The notes under the pieces were generated by a model. That model did no database searches, was not told the DNA's origin, and was given only the letters and a program-made list of their open reading frames with translations. From Nitrosomonadales bacterium (lineage in GTDB: Bacteria > Pseudomonadota > Gammaproteobacteria > Burkholderiales > Gallionellaceae): a DNA stretch of 64,000 nucleotides. Where the stretch lies: the NCBI GenBank assembly GCA_025408405.1, contig JANYJE010000015.1, positions 1,573-65,572 of the forward strand, given 5' to 3'. Shown here piece after piece: positions 63,595-64,000 of the stretch. The position numbers and the translations under genes are program-made. Positions within the stretch are counted from its first letter, which is position 1; every line of letters starts with the position of its first letter.

Positions 63595-63837
63595 ATGAAC
63601 ACACTTACCGCCAGCGAAGCTCGCGCAAATCTGTACCGGCTCATTGATCAAACAGTAGAGTCTCATGAGCCAATCATCATTTCCGGAAAACGCAGCAGTG
63701 CCGTGCTGCTTTCCGCAGAAGACTGGAGCGCAATTCAAGAAACATTGTACCTGCTAGCCGTGCCCGGCATGCGCGAGTCCATCAAGACTGGCATGGCCGA
63801 ACCCCTCGCAAAAAGCTCAAAGGCGCCTAAGTGGTGA
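63595..63837 (+). CDS. Phd/YefM-family antitoxin
   Basis: 80 aa with MNTLTASEARANLYRLIDQTVESHEPIIISGKRSSAVLLSAEDWSAIQETLYLL. Confidence 0.85.
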   Translation: MNTLTASEARANLYRLIDQTVESHEPIIISGKRSSAVLLSAEDWSAIQETLYLLAVPGMRESIKTGMAEPLAKSSKAPKW

Positions 63838-64000
63838 GTTGGGAAGTTGTTTATGCAAAGCAAGCAATGAAGGACGCAAAGAAGCTTGCTGCAAGTGGCC
63901 TTAAATCAAAGGCACAAGAACTGCTTGCGGTTCTTGCCAGCGACCCATTTCAAAATCCACCACCCTTCGAAAAGTTGGTCGGTGATCTTGCTGGCGCATA
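63834..64000 (+). CDS. Txe/YoeB-family toxin, 5' part (runs off the window end)
   Basis: The GTG start overlaps the antitoxin stop (GTGA). The translation is VSWEVVYAKQAMKDAKKLAASGLKSKAQELLAVLASDPFQNPPPFEKLVGDLAGA, typical of the N-terminus of this family. Confidence 0.7.
   Translation, partial: MSWEVVYAKQAMKDAKKLAASGLKSKAQELLAVLASDPFQNPPPFEKLVGDLAGA

Overview
This is a 64-kb chromosomal window from a GC-rich Gram-negative bacterium. Gene content suggests a betaproteobacterium, but that is inference only. Most of the window is densely packed core genome. It holds tRNA-Pro, ispB, rpmE, aroC, a large pyruvate:ferredoxin oxidoreductase, tcdA, a 1282-aa FAD/Fe-S fusion oxidoreductase, phoBR with a Pho box, and a peroxiredoxin. 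It also holds a complete Pil-Chp-type chemosensory cluster: two PilG-like regulators, pilH, pilI, pilJ, chpA and two extra CheW-like genes. A cobalamin riboswitch precedes btuB and a B12 salvage/nucleotide-loop cluster (cobO, cbiA, bluB, cbiB, cobD, cobQ, cobU, cobT, with cobC and cobS convergent). The remaining core genes are zapA followed by a probable 6S RNA, a cysC-DHH pair, livKHMGF, a lipoprotein cytochrome c and ilvD. Five regions deserve a second look. (1) The last ~2.4 kb after ilvD looks like an integron-type cassette array with attC-like repeats and YefM/YoeB cassettes, but no integrase is in view; it includes a repeat module bounded by perfect 16-bp inverted repeats. (2) A more AT-rich chrA-sulfotransferase pair is bracketed by two identical 21-bp terminator hairpins. 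(3) A ~187-bp MITE-like insertion sits between livH and livM. (4) The two PilG-like regulators are tandem paralogues, each carrying an N-terminal pseudo-receiver domain. (5) A small 6-TM gene between btuB and cobO lies downstream of the riboswitch and may be BtuM-like. I found no rRNA, CRISPR array, transposase or phage genes. All family assignments come from reading motifs in the translations, not from database searches.
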